Of a stretch of DNA of 64,000 nt, positions 9,295-18,241 are shown piece by piece. Below the pieces are notes generated by a model. That model did not search any database. It was not told the DNA's origin and saw only the letters and a list, made by a program, of their open reading frames with translations. The stretch comes from Halomonas sp. (GTDB lineage: Bacteria > Pseudomonadota > Gammaproteobacteria > Pseudomonadales > Halomonadaceae): positions 4,200 through 68,199 of the forward strand of contig NZ_JBQDLQ010000004.1 of the NCBI RefSeq assembly GCF_052095695.1, read 5' to 3'. The translations under genes were made by a program, and so were the position numbers. Within the stretch, counting starts at the first letter, position 1. Each line of letters opens with the position of its first letter.

Positions 9295-10695
9295 TTAGGC
9301 AGCCTGATCAACGCCACAGGCTTTGATCCATGCACTTCGTTGAGCCATAGCGGCTTCACCTACCAGGGCAAAACCGAGCAGCCGTCCAGCCGTGTCATAA
9401 CAACCTGCCGTGATGCCGTCTTGCGTGGTTTCTATTTGCCAATTCCCGCTGTATGAAGGTACGACTACGCAAATAGGCGCTGCGGGCGTTTTAACCATGA
9501 CGGGCATGACGGGGTAGTAGGCGGCTGTCGGGGAGCCGGACAGCGTTGCTGCCAGTGCCCGCAGCCCTGCATTGATTGGGGCGAGGTAAGGTAACAACTG
9601 GTGATTGATCTCCACCACGTCCCCCAGGGCATAGATATCAGGCAACGAGGTTGCTAGATACTCATCCACTCGGATACCTCTGCCACAGTCGATGCCGATT
9701 GACTTTGCAAGTCCGGTGTTAGGCGTTAGCCCTACGGCGCTGACCACCAAGTCCGCTTCAAGTGAGCTGCCATCGGTCAACATCAGACGATAGCCATTGG
9801 TCTCAGAGGCGACGCTATCCACCGAGCACGACAGGTGCCAGTTCACACCAAGATTAGAAAGCGCCTCGCGTAGCACTTGGCTGCCTTGTTCAGGCAGTAA
9901 TCGCGCCAATGGGCGTTCGGCTAGGCCAATTACGTCGACCTTATGTCCGGCATTCGCCAAATCGTTGGCAAACTCGCAGCCGATCAAGCCGTCACCGATG
10001 ATCGCCACCCGTGCGCCGTTCTCAAAGGCATCAAGTTGTTTACGTAGGGCGGCATAGTCACCACGGTCATTAACGGAGAGTAGTGCGTTCGGCTCTCCGT
10101 TAACTGGAACGCGAATCGGTGTAGCACCGGTGGCAATGACTAGCTGGCCATATGCCATATCTCCCAGCGGGGTGATCAGACGTTTGCCATCGACATCAAT
10201 TCGCTCAACCGGGCAGAATGCGTGTACGCGTATACCTAGCCGCGTCTCGATAGACCACGTCGACTCATCCAGCAGTGCCTTGGCATCCTTGCCTAGCGCT
10301 AAGGCATTGGATAGCGCTGGCTTGGAATACAGGCCACCGTCATCGGCGGTAATCACATGGATTTCGCGTTTACTATCCCGATGACGTACTGCTTCGGCCA
10401 GCCCATAGCCTGCATGTCCGCTCCCAATAATCACCAGAGGCCCCATGGCCGCCGCTGAAAGCGTTGCCACATCGGCAATGGCATCGGCTAAGGGAGCCGT
10501 TGCAGTAGAGGCAGGAGGAGACGGTTCATCGGTGATTTCAAGCATCTCAAAATCTGCTTTTCCTACGCCGCAGTCCGGGCATAGCCAGTCGTCAGGAACA
10601 TCTTCCCAGCGAGTGCCGGGAGCGATGCCATCACTGGGCCAGCCTTCGGCCTCGTCGTAAATGAGCCCACAGATGATGCACAGCCATTTCTTCAT
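9295..10695 (-). CDS. Rubredoxin / NADH:rubredoxin reductase fusion protein
   Basis: N-terminal rubredoxin (CIICG...[20 protein letters not shown]), a Pro/Ala-rich linker, then a RubB-like flavoprotein ([42 protein letters not shown]). Confidence 0.9.
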   Translation of the reverse strand: MKKWLCIICGLIYDEAEGWPSDGIAPGTRWEDVPDDWLCPDCGVGKADFEMLEITDEPSPPASTATAPLADAIADVATLSAAAMGPLVIIGSGHAGYGLAEAVRHRDSKREIHVITADDGGLYSKPALSNALALGKDAKALLDESTWSIETRLGIRVHAFCPVERIDVDGKRLITPLGDMAYGQLVIATGATPIRVPVNGEPNALLSVNDRGDYAALRKQLDAFENGARVAIIGDGLIGCEFANDLANAGHKVDVIGLAERPLARLLPEQGSQVLREALSNLGVNWHLSCSVDSVASETNGYRLMLTDGSSLEADLVVSAVGLTPNTGLAKSIGIDCGRGIRVDEYLATSLPDIYALGDVVEINHQLLPYLAPINAGLRALAATLSGSPTAAYYPVMPVMVKTPAAPICVVVPSYSGNWQIETTQDGITAGCYDTAGRLLGFALVGEAAMAQRSAWIKACGVDQAA

Positions 10696-10707
10696 GAAAA
10701 AACTCCT

Positions 10708-12150
10708 TCATGCGTCTTTAAGACGTATGGCGATATTGCGGGTTTGAACATAGCTGTAGAGTGCTTCCTGGCCCTTTTCACGTCCAAAGCCAGATAGCCC
10801 AACGCCACCGAAGGGGGTTTCGATACCACCCGCAAACCACTCATTGATAAACACTTGGCCGCCTCGTAAACGGCGAGCTGTGCGTAGCGCGCGATCGAGA
10901 TAGATATCGAAGACTCCAGCTACCAGACCGAATTTAGTGCCGTTTGCCAGCGCCACCGCTTCGTCTTCTGTGTCGAAAGGGTGAATGACCAATACGGGAC
11001 CGAAGACCTCGTCCTGGAAAATCTCGCTATCCACCGCAACGTCAATGAGTACCGTTGGTTGCATGAAGTAACCGTTAGTGCCTGACACGCGCTCGCCACC
11101 CGTTACACAGGTGGCACCTGCCGCAATGGCTCGCTGGCACATGGCTTCAACCTGTTCAAGCTGGTCGCGAGATACCAGAGGTGAAAGCCCCGGATTCTCG
11201 ATGCCAGGCCCAATGGATAGTCCTTCGGCAAGTTTGCAGACGCGCTCGACAATGTCGTCGTAGCGCGAGCGGTGCACTAGCAAGCGCGACATGGCTGAGC
11301 AGACTTGGCCAGCGTTAAAGAAGATGCCTGCCTGGACACTGTCGATGACCTGTTCGATATCAGCATCGGCATGCACAATCGCAGCAGACTTACCGCCTAG
11401 CTCCATAACGCTCGGCGTGGCCCGTTCGGCAGCATCGCGCAATATGCGCTGACCTGTAGGGACTGAGCCGGTGAAGACAATCTGGTTGGTATTGGGGTGT
11501 TTGACTAGGTGAGCGCCCACGACTGAGCCCTTGCCGCAAAGCAGGTTGATAGCCCCGCGAGGAAGGCCTGCCCGCTGGCAGGCGGTCGCCAAAAAAGTCA
11601 TGGCTAACGGCGATATTTCAGGCGACTTAATCACCACTGCATTGCCAGCCGCGAGAGCGGGTGCCAGTGAACGTGCACAGATTGAAGGAGGGAAGTTCCA
11701 TGGCACAATCTGTACGGAAACGCCCATCGGCTCATAACTGGTGAAGTCGATATAGTCGTTACCCAGCGGAATTGAGGTGCCTTCGATCTTATCTGCCATG
11801 CCCGCGTAGTATTCAAAATAACGAGCGGCTTCTTCGAACTCGCCTCGAGCCACCTCGAGTGATTTTCCGTTCTCCCGACAAAGCACCAGCGCGGCGTCTT
11901 CGGTTAATGCTTTGATTTCCGAAGCGATGGCCAGCAACCAGGTGACCCGCTGGGCTGGGCTTACGGAAGACAGTGTGCCGGCAGCGACGCAACGCTGCGC
12001 GGCGGCCATGGCAGCATCAGCATCTTCTACGCTAGCTTCGGCGATCTCAGCGTAGACCTCTCCGGACGCTGGGTCATCAATCTTGATGAAGGTATCGGCG
12101 CCCTTCCAGGCGCCATCAATGTAGTTATAGTAGCGTTCAAGTGTGTGCAT
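10708..12150 (-). CDS. Aldehyde dehydrogenase
   Basis: IVPWNFP, FTGS, MELGGKS, FFNAGQVCSA (catalytic Cys), EVFGP, PFGG. Confidence 0.95.
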   Translation of the reverse strand: MHTLERYYNYIDGAWKGADTFIKIDDPASGEVYAEIAEASVEDADAAMAAAQRCVAAGTLSSVSPAQRVTWLLAIASEIKALTEDAALVLCRENGKSLEVARGEFEEAARYFEYYAGMADKIEGTSIPLGNDYIDFTSYEPMGVSVQIVPWNFPPSICARSLAPALAAGNAVVIKSPEISPLAMTFLATACQRAGLPRGAINLLCGKGSVVGAHLVKHPNTNQIVFTGSVPTGQRILRDAAERATPSVMELGGKSAAIVHADADIEQVIDSVQAGIFFNAGQVCSAMSRLLVHRSRYDDIVERVCKLAEGLSIGPGIENPGLSPLVSRDQLEQVEAMCQRAIAAGATCVTGGERVSGTNGYFMQPTVLIDVAVDSEIFQDEVFGPVLVIHPFDTEDEAVALANGTKFGLVAGVFDIYLDRALRTARRLRGGQVFINEWFAGGIETPFGGVGLSGFGREKGQEALYSYVQTRNIAIRLKDA

Positions 12151-12187
12151 TGGTGTAACTCTAAAATAGCGTTTGGGGCAGGCTTGG

Positions 12188-13384
12188 CTAGGCTATCTCG
12201 GCACTGGGCGCTCCGCGCACACGCCTGGCCACCCATTGATGGAAAAAATGCGTGGGATGGTCCAGCGCCGGCGAGAATACGCCGCCTTGAAAGCCTGGCG
12301 ATAATCGACCTCGCTGCATTCCCTCGACGGCACCAATATCTTCCCCGAAGACAACTCTCCACGATTCCAGCGTAGAAGTACGGCTAGCGGCATAAGTATC
12401 TTTGGTCGCCTCATCGCCAACGTAGTAAACGCGTAAGTGCTCAATAGTTTTACCTGCACTCACCGGCTCCAGCATCATGGTAAAAGCATGGTCGGCTTGG
12501 ATGCCCAGCAGTACATTAGGAAAAAAGGCGACATACTCGGCGTGCTCAAGTTTATCCTGAGGCCAGGACGGGAACTTGGGAAGCTGCGTACCGGCCACAT
12601 TGGAGAGCCGATAAGCTAGGCTTCCTTGCCCTGAAAAAGATTCGCCGAACTGAATGTTGTAGTGATCCTCAAGGCGTGAGTAGCTATTCAGGCTTGGGTG
12701 AACCCAGGGCAGATGATAGCTCTCGCAATAGTTCTCGACGGCAAGCTTCCAATTGCAGTCGACGGTGATTTCTAAATTCCCGCCCATATTGGCGCGGCGC
12801 AGTAACGCAAATCCATCATTGCCAATGAAACTTGTCCACCGCTCTTCCAGTGGCGCCACGTGCTCGTTAAAGTCTGTCGCCTGTCCATCAAGATTGATGA
12901 ATATCATGTCCATCCAGACGGCGCTGCGTATTGGCTTTAGGCCATGTTGCTCGCATTTGAAGCCATCCACCTTATGTTGGCCAACACCACCGATATGTGG
13001 AGTACCTTTTAAGTTGCCATTAAGATCGTAGGTCCAAGAGTGATAAGGGCAGCGGATGACGCCCTGAACTTCGCCTTCCTCGGCCACAAGCTGCATGCCG
13101 CGATGACTGCAAACATTGTGAAAAACTTGGGTCTCGCCATCTTTGTTGCGCATCAGCAGCAGCGGCAAACCCATAAAATCGACAGGCTTAACGTAACCGT
13201 TTTTGACTAAGTCGCTGGCAAACCCAAGACAGGCCCAAGTATTGGCCATGAGTTTTTCACGTTCTTCAGTAAAGAAAGCATCGCTGATGTAAGCGGTATT
13301 AGGCATGCCTGTCGCTTTCTCAATGGGTACAAGTACTTTATCCAGCAGTTGTGCAGGGATTAGGGAAGAAGTCATGGTCGTCAT
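12188..13384 (-). CDS. Rieske non-heme iron oxygenase alpha subunit (choline monooxygenase/CntA-like)
   Basis: Rieske site CSHRG...CPYHSW; mononuclear Fe site NWKLAVENYCESYHLPWVH...ED. Start placed at ATG 13384; the ORF extends to 13432. Confidence 0.9.
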   Translation of the reverse strand: MTTMTSSLIPAQLLDKVLVPIEKATGMPNTAYISDAFFTEEREKLMANTWACLGFASDLVKNGYVKPVDFMGLPLLLMRNKDGETQVFHNVCSHRGMQLVAEEGEVQGVIRCPYHSWTYDLNGNLKGTPHIGGVGQHKVDGFKCEQHGLKPIRSAVWMDMIFINLDGQATDFNEHVAPLEERWTSFIGNDGFALLRRANMGGNLEITVDCNWKLAVENYCESYHLPWVHPSLNSYSRLEDHYNIQFGESFSGQGSLAYRLSNVAGTQLPKFPSWPQDKLEHAEYVAFFPNVLLGIQADHAFTMMLEPVSAGKTIEHLRVYYVGDEATKDTYAASRTSTLESWRVVFGEDIGAVEGMQRGRLSPGFQGGVFSPALDHPTHFFHQWVARRVRGAPSAEIA

Positions 13385-13520
13385 GAAGGCCTCGTGGCTT
13401 GGCGTTACATTATTTATTTTCAGATTAGCCACCGGACTGAATACACTTCAGTGGGCCGGTTGGTAAGCCTAGTCTGGTAGTAACCCTGTTTAGCAACAAT
13501 CGATTAATTAACATCCTCGA

Positions 13521-13658
13521 ATGATAATTTCTCATAAGAAGGTAAAGGTTAAATAATACTTAACTATTGTGCGGTTCAGGTTTTGAAAATTGAGATTTTG
13601 AGAGTTGAAGTAAGTGATGAGATAAAAGGGGAAGAGGTAATGAATGCTAAAACCTCAT
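13521..13658. promoter_or_regulatory. Two LysR-type T-N11-A boxes in the divergent Rieske/BCCT promoter region
   Basis: ATGATAATTTCTCAT (13521-13535) and ATGCTAAAACCTCAT (13644-13658), both ATG-N7-CTCAT. Confidence 0.5.
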
Positions 13659-13792
13659 GCATAGATGATAAAAAATACATTGTTTGTATCGTTAATATTC
13701 TCCAGTCTTTTGCCCCGCAATGGCTCACTGTGCACATTGCTAGACCATGACGGCACAATCACAACACTAATAAAACAATTAAGGTACACGCC

Positions 13793-15436
13793 ATGCGTGC
13801 AGAAAACGGGCTATTCAAAGGCCTTAACCCCACCGTGACTATTGCCTCTAAGGTCATTGTTATCGGCTTCGTTATCTTTTGCGCAGTACTCGCCGACAAG
13901 GCCGGGTCTGTTTTTCAAGATGCTTCAACAGTCGTGCTTAACAATGCCAAATGGTTTTATCTTGGCTTAGTGAGTGCGGTGCTGTTTTTCCTTCTTTACT
14001 TAATGATCAGTCGTTTTGGCCATATTCGCCTGGGTAAAGATGATGAGAAACCTGAGTTTAACTTTCTTTCTTGGGTCAGCATGCTGTTTTCTGGAGGTAT
14101 GGGTATCGGGTTAATATTCTGGTCGGTAGCGGAACCCATGCTGCACTATGCTGACAACCCCTTCACTCAAGGAATGAGCGAAGATTCGGCGTCCATGGCC
14201 ATGCGTTTAACCTTCTTTCACTGGGGGTTACACCCATGGGCCGCTTTCATTATCGTCGCCCTGTCGTTGTCCTATTTCGCTTACCGTAAAGGGCTGCCAT
14301 TAACCTTGCGCTCTATTTTCTATCCGTTTATTGGCAATCGTATATACGGCCCTATTGGTCACACTGTCGATATTTTAACAGTCGCTATCACGGCGTTTGG
14401 CGTATCTCAGTCATTGGGGCTTGGAGTGATCCAGATGAACAGCGGACTAAATAGTGTCTTTGGCCTGAAAATAGGTATTGGGGTGCAAGTGTCTATGATC
14501 GCCTTAGTCATGCTTTTTGCTATCGTATCGGTGATGTCCGGTGTTGGGCGTGGCATACGGCGCCTCTCTGAATGGAATATGATTATGTCAGTGGTGATCG
14601 TCCTTGTGGTGCTGGCCATTGGTCCTACTCGTTACATACTCAATACGTTGCTACAGAGCACCGGCGACTACCTTAACAACTTAATTGGAATGAGCCTTTG
14701 GAGCGATGCGAACGCTGACAGCGGGTGGCAGAATTGGTGGACAGCCTTCTATTGGCCGTGGTGGATGACATGGGCACCCTTTGTGGGCATGTTTATTGCG
14801 CGAATTTCCCGGGGGCGCACTATCCGAGAGTTAATCGGCGGCGCTCTGATTGTACCGACGCTTGTCACATTCGTATGGATGTCGGTTTTTGGTGGCAGCG
14901 CATTACATGAGGAGTTGCAGGCTCTCCATATGCATGAGCAGACAGCCGGCAGTAGCCAATCCATAGCGGATGGTGAGTTTGTGGGAGGCACTGTTCTACA
15001 AGCAACCAATGAAGATAATACGCTGGCACTATTTGCCCTGTTCGAAGCGCTCGATTCCGGCGTAATGGGGAGAGTCTTGTCATTGCTGGCGGTGCTCTTG
15101 CTGGCTACCTATTTCATTACGTCAGCGGACTCTGGTACGTTAGTGCTATGCATCCTGGATAGCGCGGGTAGCTCAGAACCCCCTCAAGCCATTCGAATAT
15201 TATGGGGCGTGGTCATTGCATGTATTGCGAGTGCGCTCCTTTACGCGGGAGGCTTGGAAACGATCCAGACAGCATCAATTATCGCTGGGTTGCCCATTGC
15301 CATTTTCATTTTGCTAATGACGATTGGCCTTTACCGAACACTGCGCCGTGAACCTATGGCTGCTGCCATGTTGCCTCCTCAGGCGCGGCCCGATAGTGAT
15401 AGGCTTGACCATGCTAGTGGCCAGTCAGATGTTTAA
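13793..15436 (+). CDS. BCCT-family (betaine/carnitine/choline) transporter
   Basis: SWVSMLFSGGMGIGLIFWSVAEP, FFHWGLHPW, WTAFYWPWWMTWAPFVGMFIARISRGRTIRE. Confidence 0.95.
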   Translation: MRAENGLFKGLNPTVTIASKVIVIGFVIFCAVLADKAGSVFQDASTVVLNNAKWFYLGLVSAVLFFLLYLMISRFGHIRLGKDDEKPEFNFLSWVSMLFSGGMGIGLIFWSVAEPMLHYADNPFTQGMSEDSASMAMRLTFFHWGLHPWAAFIIVALSLSYFAYRKGLPLTLRSIFYPFIGNRIYGPIGHTVDILTVAITAFGVSQSLGLGVIQMNSGLNSVFGLKIGIGVQVSMIALVMLFAIVSVMSGVGRGIRRLSEWNMIMSVVIVLVVLAIGPTRYILNTLLQSTGDYLNNLIGMSLWSDANADSGWQNWWTAFYWPWWMTWAPFVGMFIARISRGRTIRELIGGALIVPTLVTFVWMSVFGGSALHEELQALHMHEQTAGSSQSIADGEFVGGTVLQATNEDNTLALFALFEALDSGVMGRVLSLLAVLLLATYFITSADSGTLVLCILDSAGSSEPPQAIRILWGVVIACIASALLYAGGLETIQTASIIAGLPIAIFILLMTIGLYRTLRREPMAAAMLPPQARPDSDRLDHASGQSDV

Positions 15437-15531
15437 TGAGCACTCTTGCTTTCAGTCTAGCTAAATAGGCTTGTCTCTACCGCAAGCCCTGAAATACACA
15501 GTCAGAGGGCTTGCGGTACATATCAGCTCAC

Positions 15532-16458
15532 TTAGTTTAGGCCCAGGTCACCTACTTCTTTTGGCACGGTATCCATCAGCCACTCACGGAAAGCGCGTAT
15601 ACTGGCGGCTCTTGAAGGGGATTCGGTTGGTTCTAACAAGCAGAAGCGTGCCTCAGTTCGCAACACAGTATCAACAGGGCGCACCAGTAGGCCTTGCTGC
15701 AAATAGTCGTCGACCAGTTGACTCCAACCTAACGCTACCCCTTGGTTGATAATGGCCGCCTGAATTAACATTGAGTAGCTATTAATATTAAGGCGCCGGT
15801 GTGGCGCTCGATACTCCAGGCCTGTCTGTGTAAACCACTTTTTCCAGCTCACCCAATCCTGGTCTGCACCTTCCAGGGACAGTAGCGTACAGTTCAACAA
15901 TGTACTGGGGTCATTAAAGGGGCCATGGCGCTCTAGGTAGGTAGGGCTGCATACCGGGAACACCTCCTCGTAGAATAACGTTGTGGCTTGCATCCCCGGG
16001 GGCGTCTGCCAGCAGTAATAAAGCGCGATATCAAACTCGACTCGCCGCAAATCCCGGACTTGTTCGAGTGCAACAATGCGTAAATCAATATGCTCATGTG
16101 CTTGCTGAAAAGCGGCAATTTTTGGCAGCAACCATAGCGATGCCATGGCGCTTGAGGTGGCAACGGTGATTTGTTGCGTCCCTTTCCAACTACGCACTTC
16201 CTCTGTTGTTGCTGCGAGTTCCGTCAGTAACTCACGAATGGCTTGTGCATATTGCAGGCCACTGCCGGTGAGTCTGATGCTACGGTTGGCGCGCTCAAAT
16301 AGAGGCTTTCCAAGGTAAGTCTCTAGGCTATGTATTTGGCGACTGATAGCTCCCTGGGTGACGGAGAGTTCATCGGCGGCATGAGTAAAACTCTGATGAC
16401 GAGCAACTGACTCAAAGGCTACTAGGCTTTTGAGTGGGGGGAGTGGCGAGATTTTCAT
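15532..16458 (-). CDS. LysR-family regulator (GcvA-like)
   Basis: LPPLKSLVAFESVARHQSFTHAADELSVTQGAISRQI HTH. Confidence 0.93.
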   Translation of the reverse strand: MKISPLPPLKSLVAFESVARHQSFTHAADELSVTQGAISRQIHSLETYLGKPLFERANRSIRLTGSGLQYAQAIRELLTELAATTEEVRSWKGTQQITVATSSAMASLWLLPKIAAFQQAHEHIDLRIVALEQVRDLRRVEFDIALYYCWQTPPGMQATTLFYEEVFPVCSPTYLERHGPFNDPSTLLNCTLLSLEGADQDWVSWKKWFTQTGLEYRAPHRRLNINSYSMLIQAAIINQGVALGWSQLVDDYLQQGLLVRPVDTVLRTEARFCLLEPTESPSRAASIRAFREWLMDTVPKEVGDLGLN

Positions 16459-17004
16459 TATTTTAGCTGTCGGTAGTCACGGTTTTTTGCCATAGGGTAC
16501 GCGTTAGTAAAATAGCGCGCTTCAATAATATGCATCGCATTCACTATACATTTTAAATTTAAACGTTAAATTAGTCTCTAGCCGCATAAAAAAAATACAA
16601 TAACCCGGTTCACCCTAGTAGTTGCTGTGACGTGATAGGAGCTTGGCTGATATGCGTTATGAAACTGCTAGCACTAGGTGTGAAATATGTTCGGGCACGT
16701 TTTAAGCTAGTGGTATTATGCACAACGATTTTACCTTTACCAGCTGCATGAAAGGTCATGTAAGCTTCCAGGCCCTGGATGCTTTGCCAAGCTAATCGCT
16801 TACGTTACTAAGTTAACTTGATTAGTTTGGGGTGGCGTGCCCAAGCACAGTTCAACTAAGTTAGCCAATAGTCGCAGCCTAGCTCTACTATTGAGGAAGA
16901 TATGCGCTAAATGATAATATCCATCGTTTAACCCATTGCTTACTACTGGAAGAAAAGCTGATCCAGGGTTAGCGGTGTTGACAAATAAGCGGACACGCTG
17001 CTTG

Positions 17005-17877
17005 TTAACCACCCAAATAAAACTCGCTTTTTCCCACCACTACCGCATGTCCTCCCACTGTTGCAAAACCGGGTGTGATGTCGCCATTAGCGGCGGTGTA
17101 GATAATACTGGGCCGACCCATCTCAACACCCTGATGAATTTTGCACTGCAAGGCGTCAGTTTGAAGTGATGCCAAATAGCCGGTGAGGGCGGCCGCTGCG
17201 CTGCCGGTAGCGGGGTCTTCGCAAAGACTGGCGTGCATACAGAACATGCGGCTATTAATAACCGTCTCTGCCCCGTCGTGTTGTTCAATCACATACAGAT
17301 ACACCTGCTCGGCACTGCTAGGTATCACAGCGCTCGCCCAGGCACTCGTAGAGATATGTACGCTCTCTAACGCCGCCACGTCAGTGAGTTCAATTAAATG
17401 AAAGGGCAGTCCGAAGGAGGCGACTACCGGATCGCCGATTACCTGATGGATGTCTAGCCCAAGTAGCTCAACGGCAGTGAGGCGATCAACCGTGCTTTCT
17501 GTCAATATGGCGGACTGGGCAGTGGTAAACGTTGCCCTTGTCTGGTGATAACTAACGGATAGTTCGCCGATAGGAGGGTGTAGCACAATGCCTTGCGCTT
17601 GGTTTACTAGGTTCAACTCCGCTAGTAAGTGCGCAGTGCCTACCGTAGGGTGGCCGGCAAAAGGTAGTTCGCGCGTCGGCGTGAAAATCCGCATAGGGTA
17701 GTGGTTCGGCCCAGTGGAGGCGCTCAAAAACACTGTTTCAGCCAGATTCAATTCACTGGCAAGCGCTTGCATGGTGCTGGTCTCAAGCGCTCCAGCATCT
17801 AAAAACACAGCCAGTGGGTTACCGGTAAACGGCTGATCGGTAAAAACGTCCAACAAATAATAGTCAGCGTGATTCAT
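17005..17877 (-). CDS. PhzF-family isomerase/epimerase
   Basis: DVFTDQPFTGNPLAV, ELPFAGHPT, EDPATGSA, QGVEMGRPS. Start placed at ATG 17877. Confidence 0.9.
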   Translation of the reverse strand: MNHADYYLLDVFTDQPFTGNPLAVFLDAGALETSTMQALASELNLAETVFLSASTGPNHYPMRIFTPTRELPFAGHPTVGTAHLLAELNLVNQAQGIVLHPPIGELSVSYHQTRATFTTAQSAILTESTVDRLTAVELLGLDIHQVIGDPVVASFGLPFHLIELTDVAALESVHISTSAWASAVIPSSAEQVYLYVIEQHDGAETVINSRMFCMHASLCEDPATGSAAAALTGYLASLQTDALQCKIHQGVEMGRPSIIYTAANGDITPGFATVGGHAVVVGKSEFYLGG

Positions 17878-18076
17878 ACGACTCTCCTTCAGGACGTGAG
17901 TGTTTCCAAAATGGCTTTTGTCCCTCTTTTTTCGCTTGTTCTCGGCTGAAGCCGATATCTTCCAGTAACCGATCATCCAGCGCTAATAGCTGTCGGCGGC
18001 TACGGCGATAGTGGCGATAGGAGAGAAATTGGTCGCGCAATTGATAGCAAAGCTGAGTGAGGCTGATACGAGGCAT
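17864..18076 (-). CDS. DUF1127 (YjiS-like) small protein
   Basis: RRSRRQLLALDDRLLEDIGFSREQAKKEGQKPFW signature; AGGAG RBS. Confidence 0.85.
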   Translation of the reverse strand: MPRISLTQLCYQLRDQFLSYRHYRRSRRQLLALDDRLLEDIGFSREQAKKEGQKPFWKHSRPEGESYESR

Positions 18077-18132
18077 AGCGGCTCTCCTTACGAGTGATGT
18101 GCTTAATCAGATTACTCAGGGCTGCGGTTTCA

Positions 18133-18214
18133 ATACAGATATAGGTATTTTTATTTTTAAGATACAGATGCGGTGTTTTATACGTCTGTATGGGCTATAA
18201 ATAGCTGTCTGTAT
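18133..18214. promoter_or_regulatory. Four-part operator for the adjacent MocR-family regulator
   Basis: ATACAGAT at 18133 and 18162; inverted GTCTGTAT at 18184 and 18207. Confidence 0.65.
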
Positions 18215-18241
18215 TGTTTTCAAGTTGAAGGGGTAAGTGTC

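Noticed and set aside
9295-10695. Rubredoxin fusion as evidence of alkane degradation or NorVW NO reduction
   Set aside because: No alkB or flavodiiron gene in the window; its operon context is the Rieske cluster.
16800-17169. Short ORFs 16800..17012 and 16936..17169
   Set aside because: No motifs or convincing RBS; both overlap the phzF 3' end.
17005-17877. Phenazine biosynthesis
   Set aside because: Lone PhzF-family gene; no phzA/B/D/E/G.
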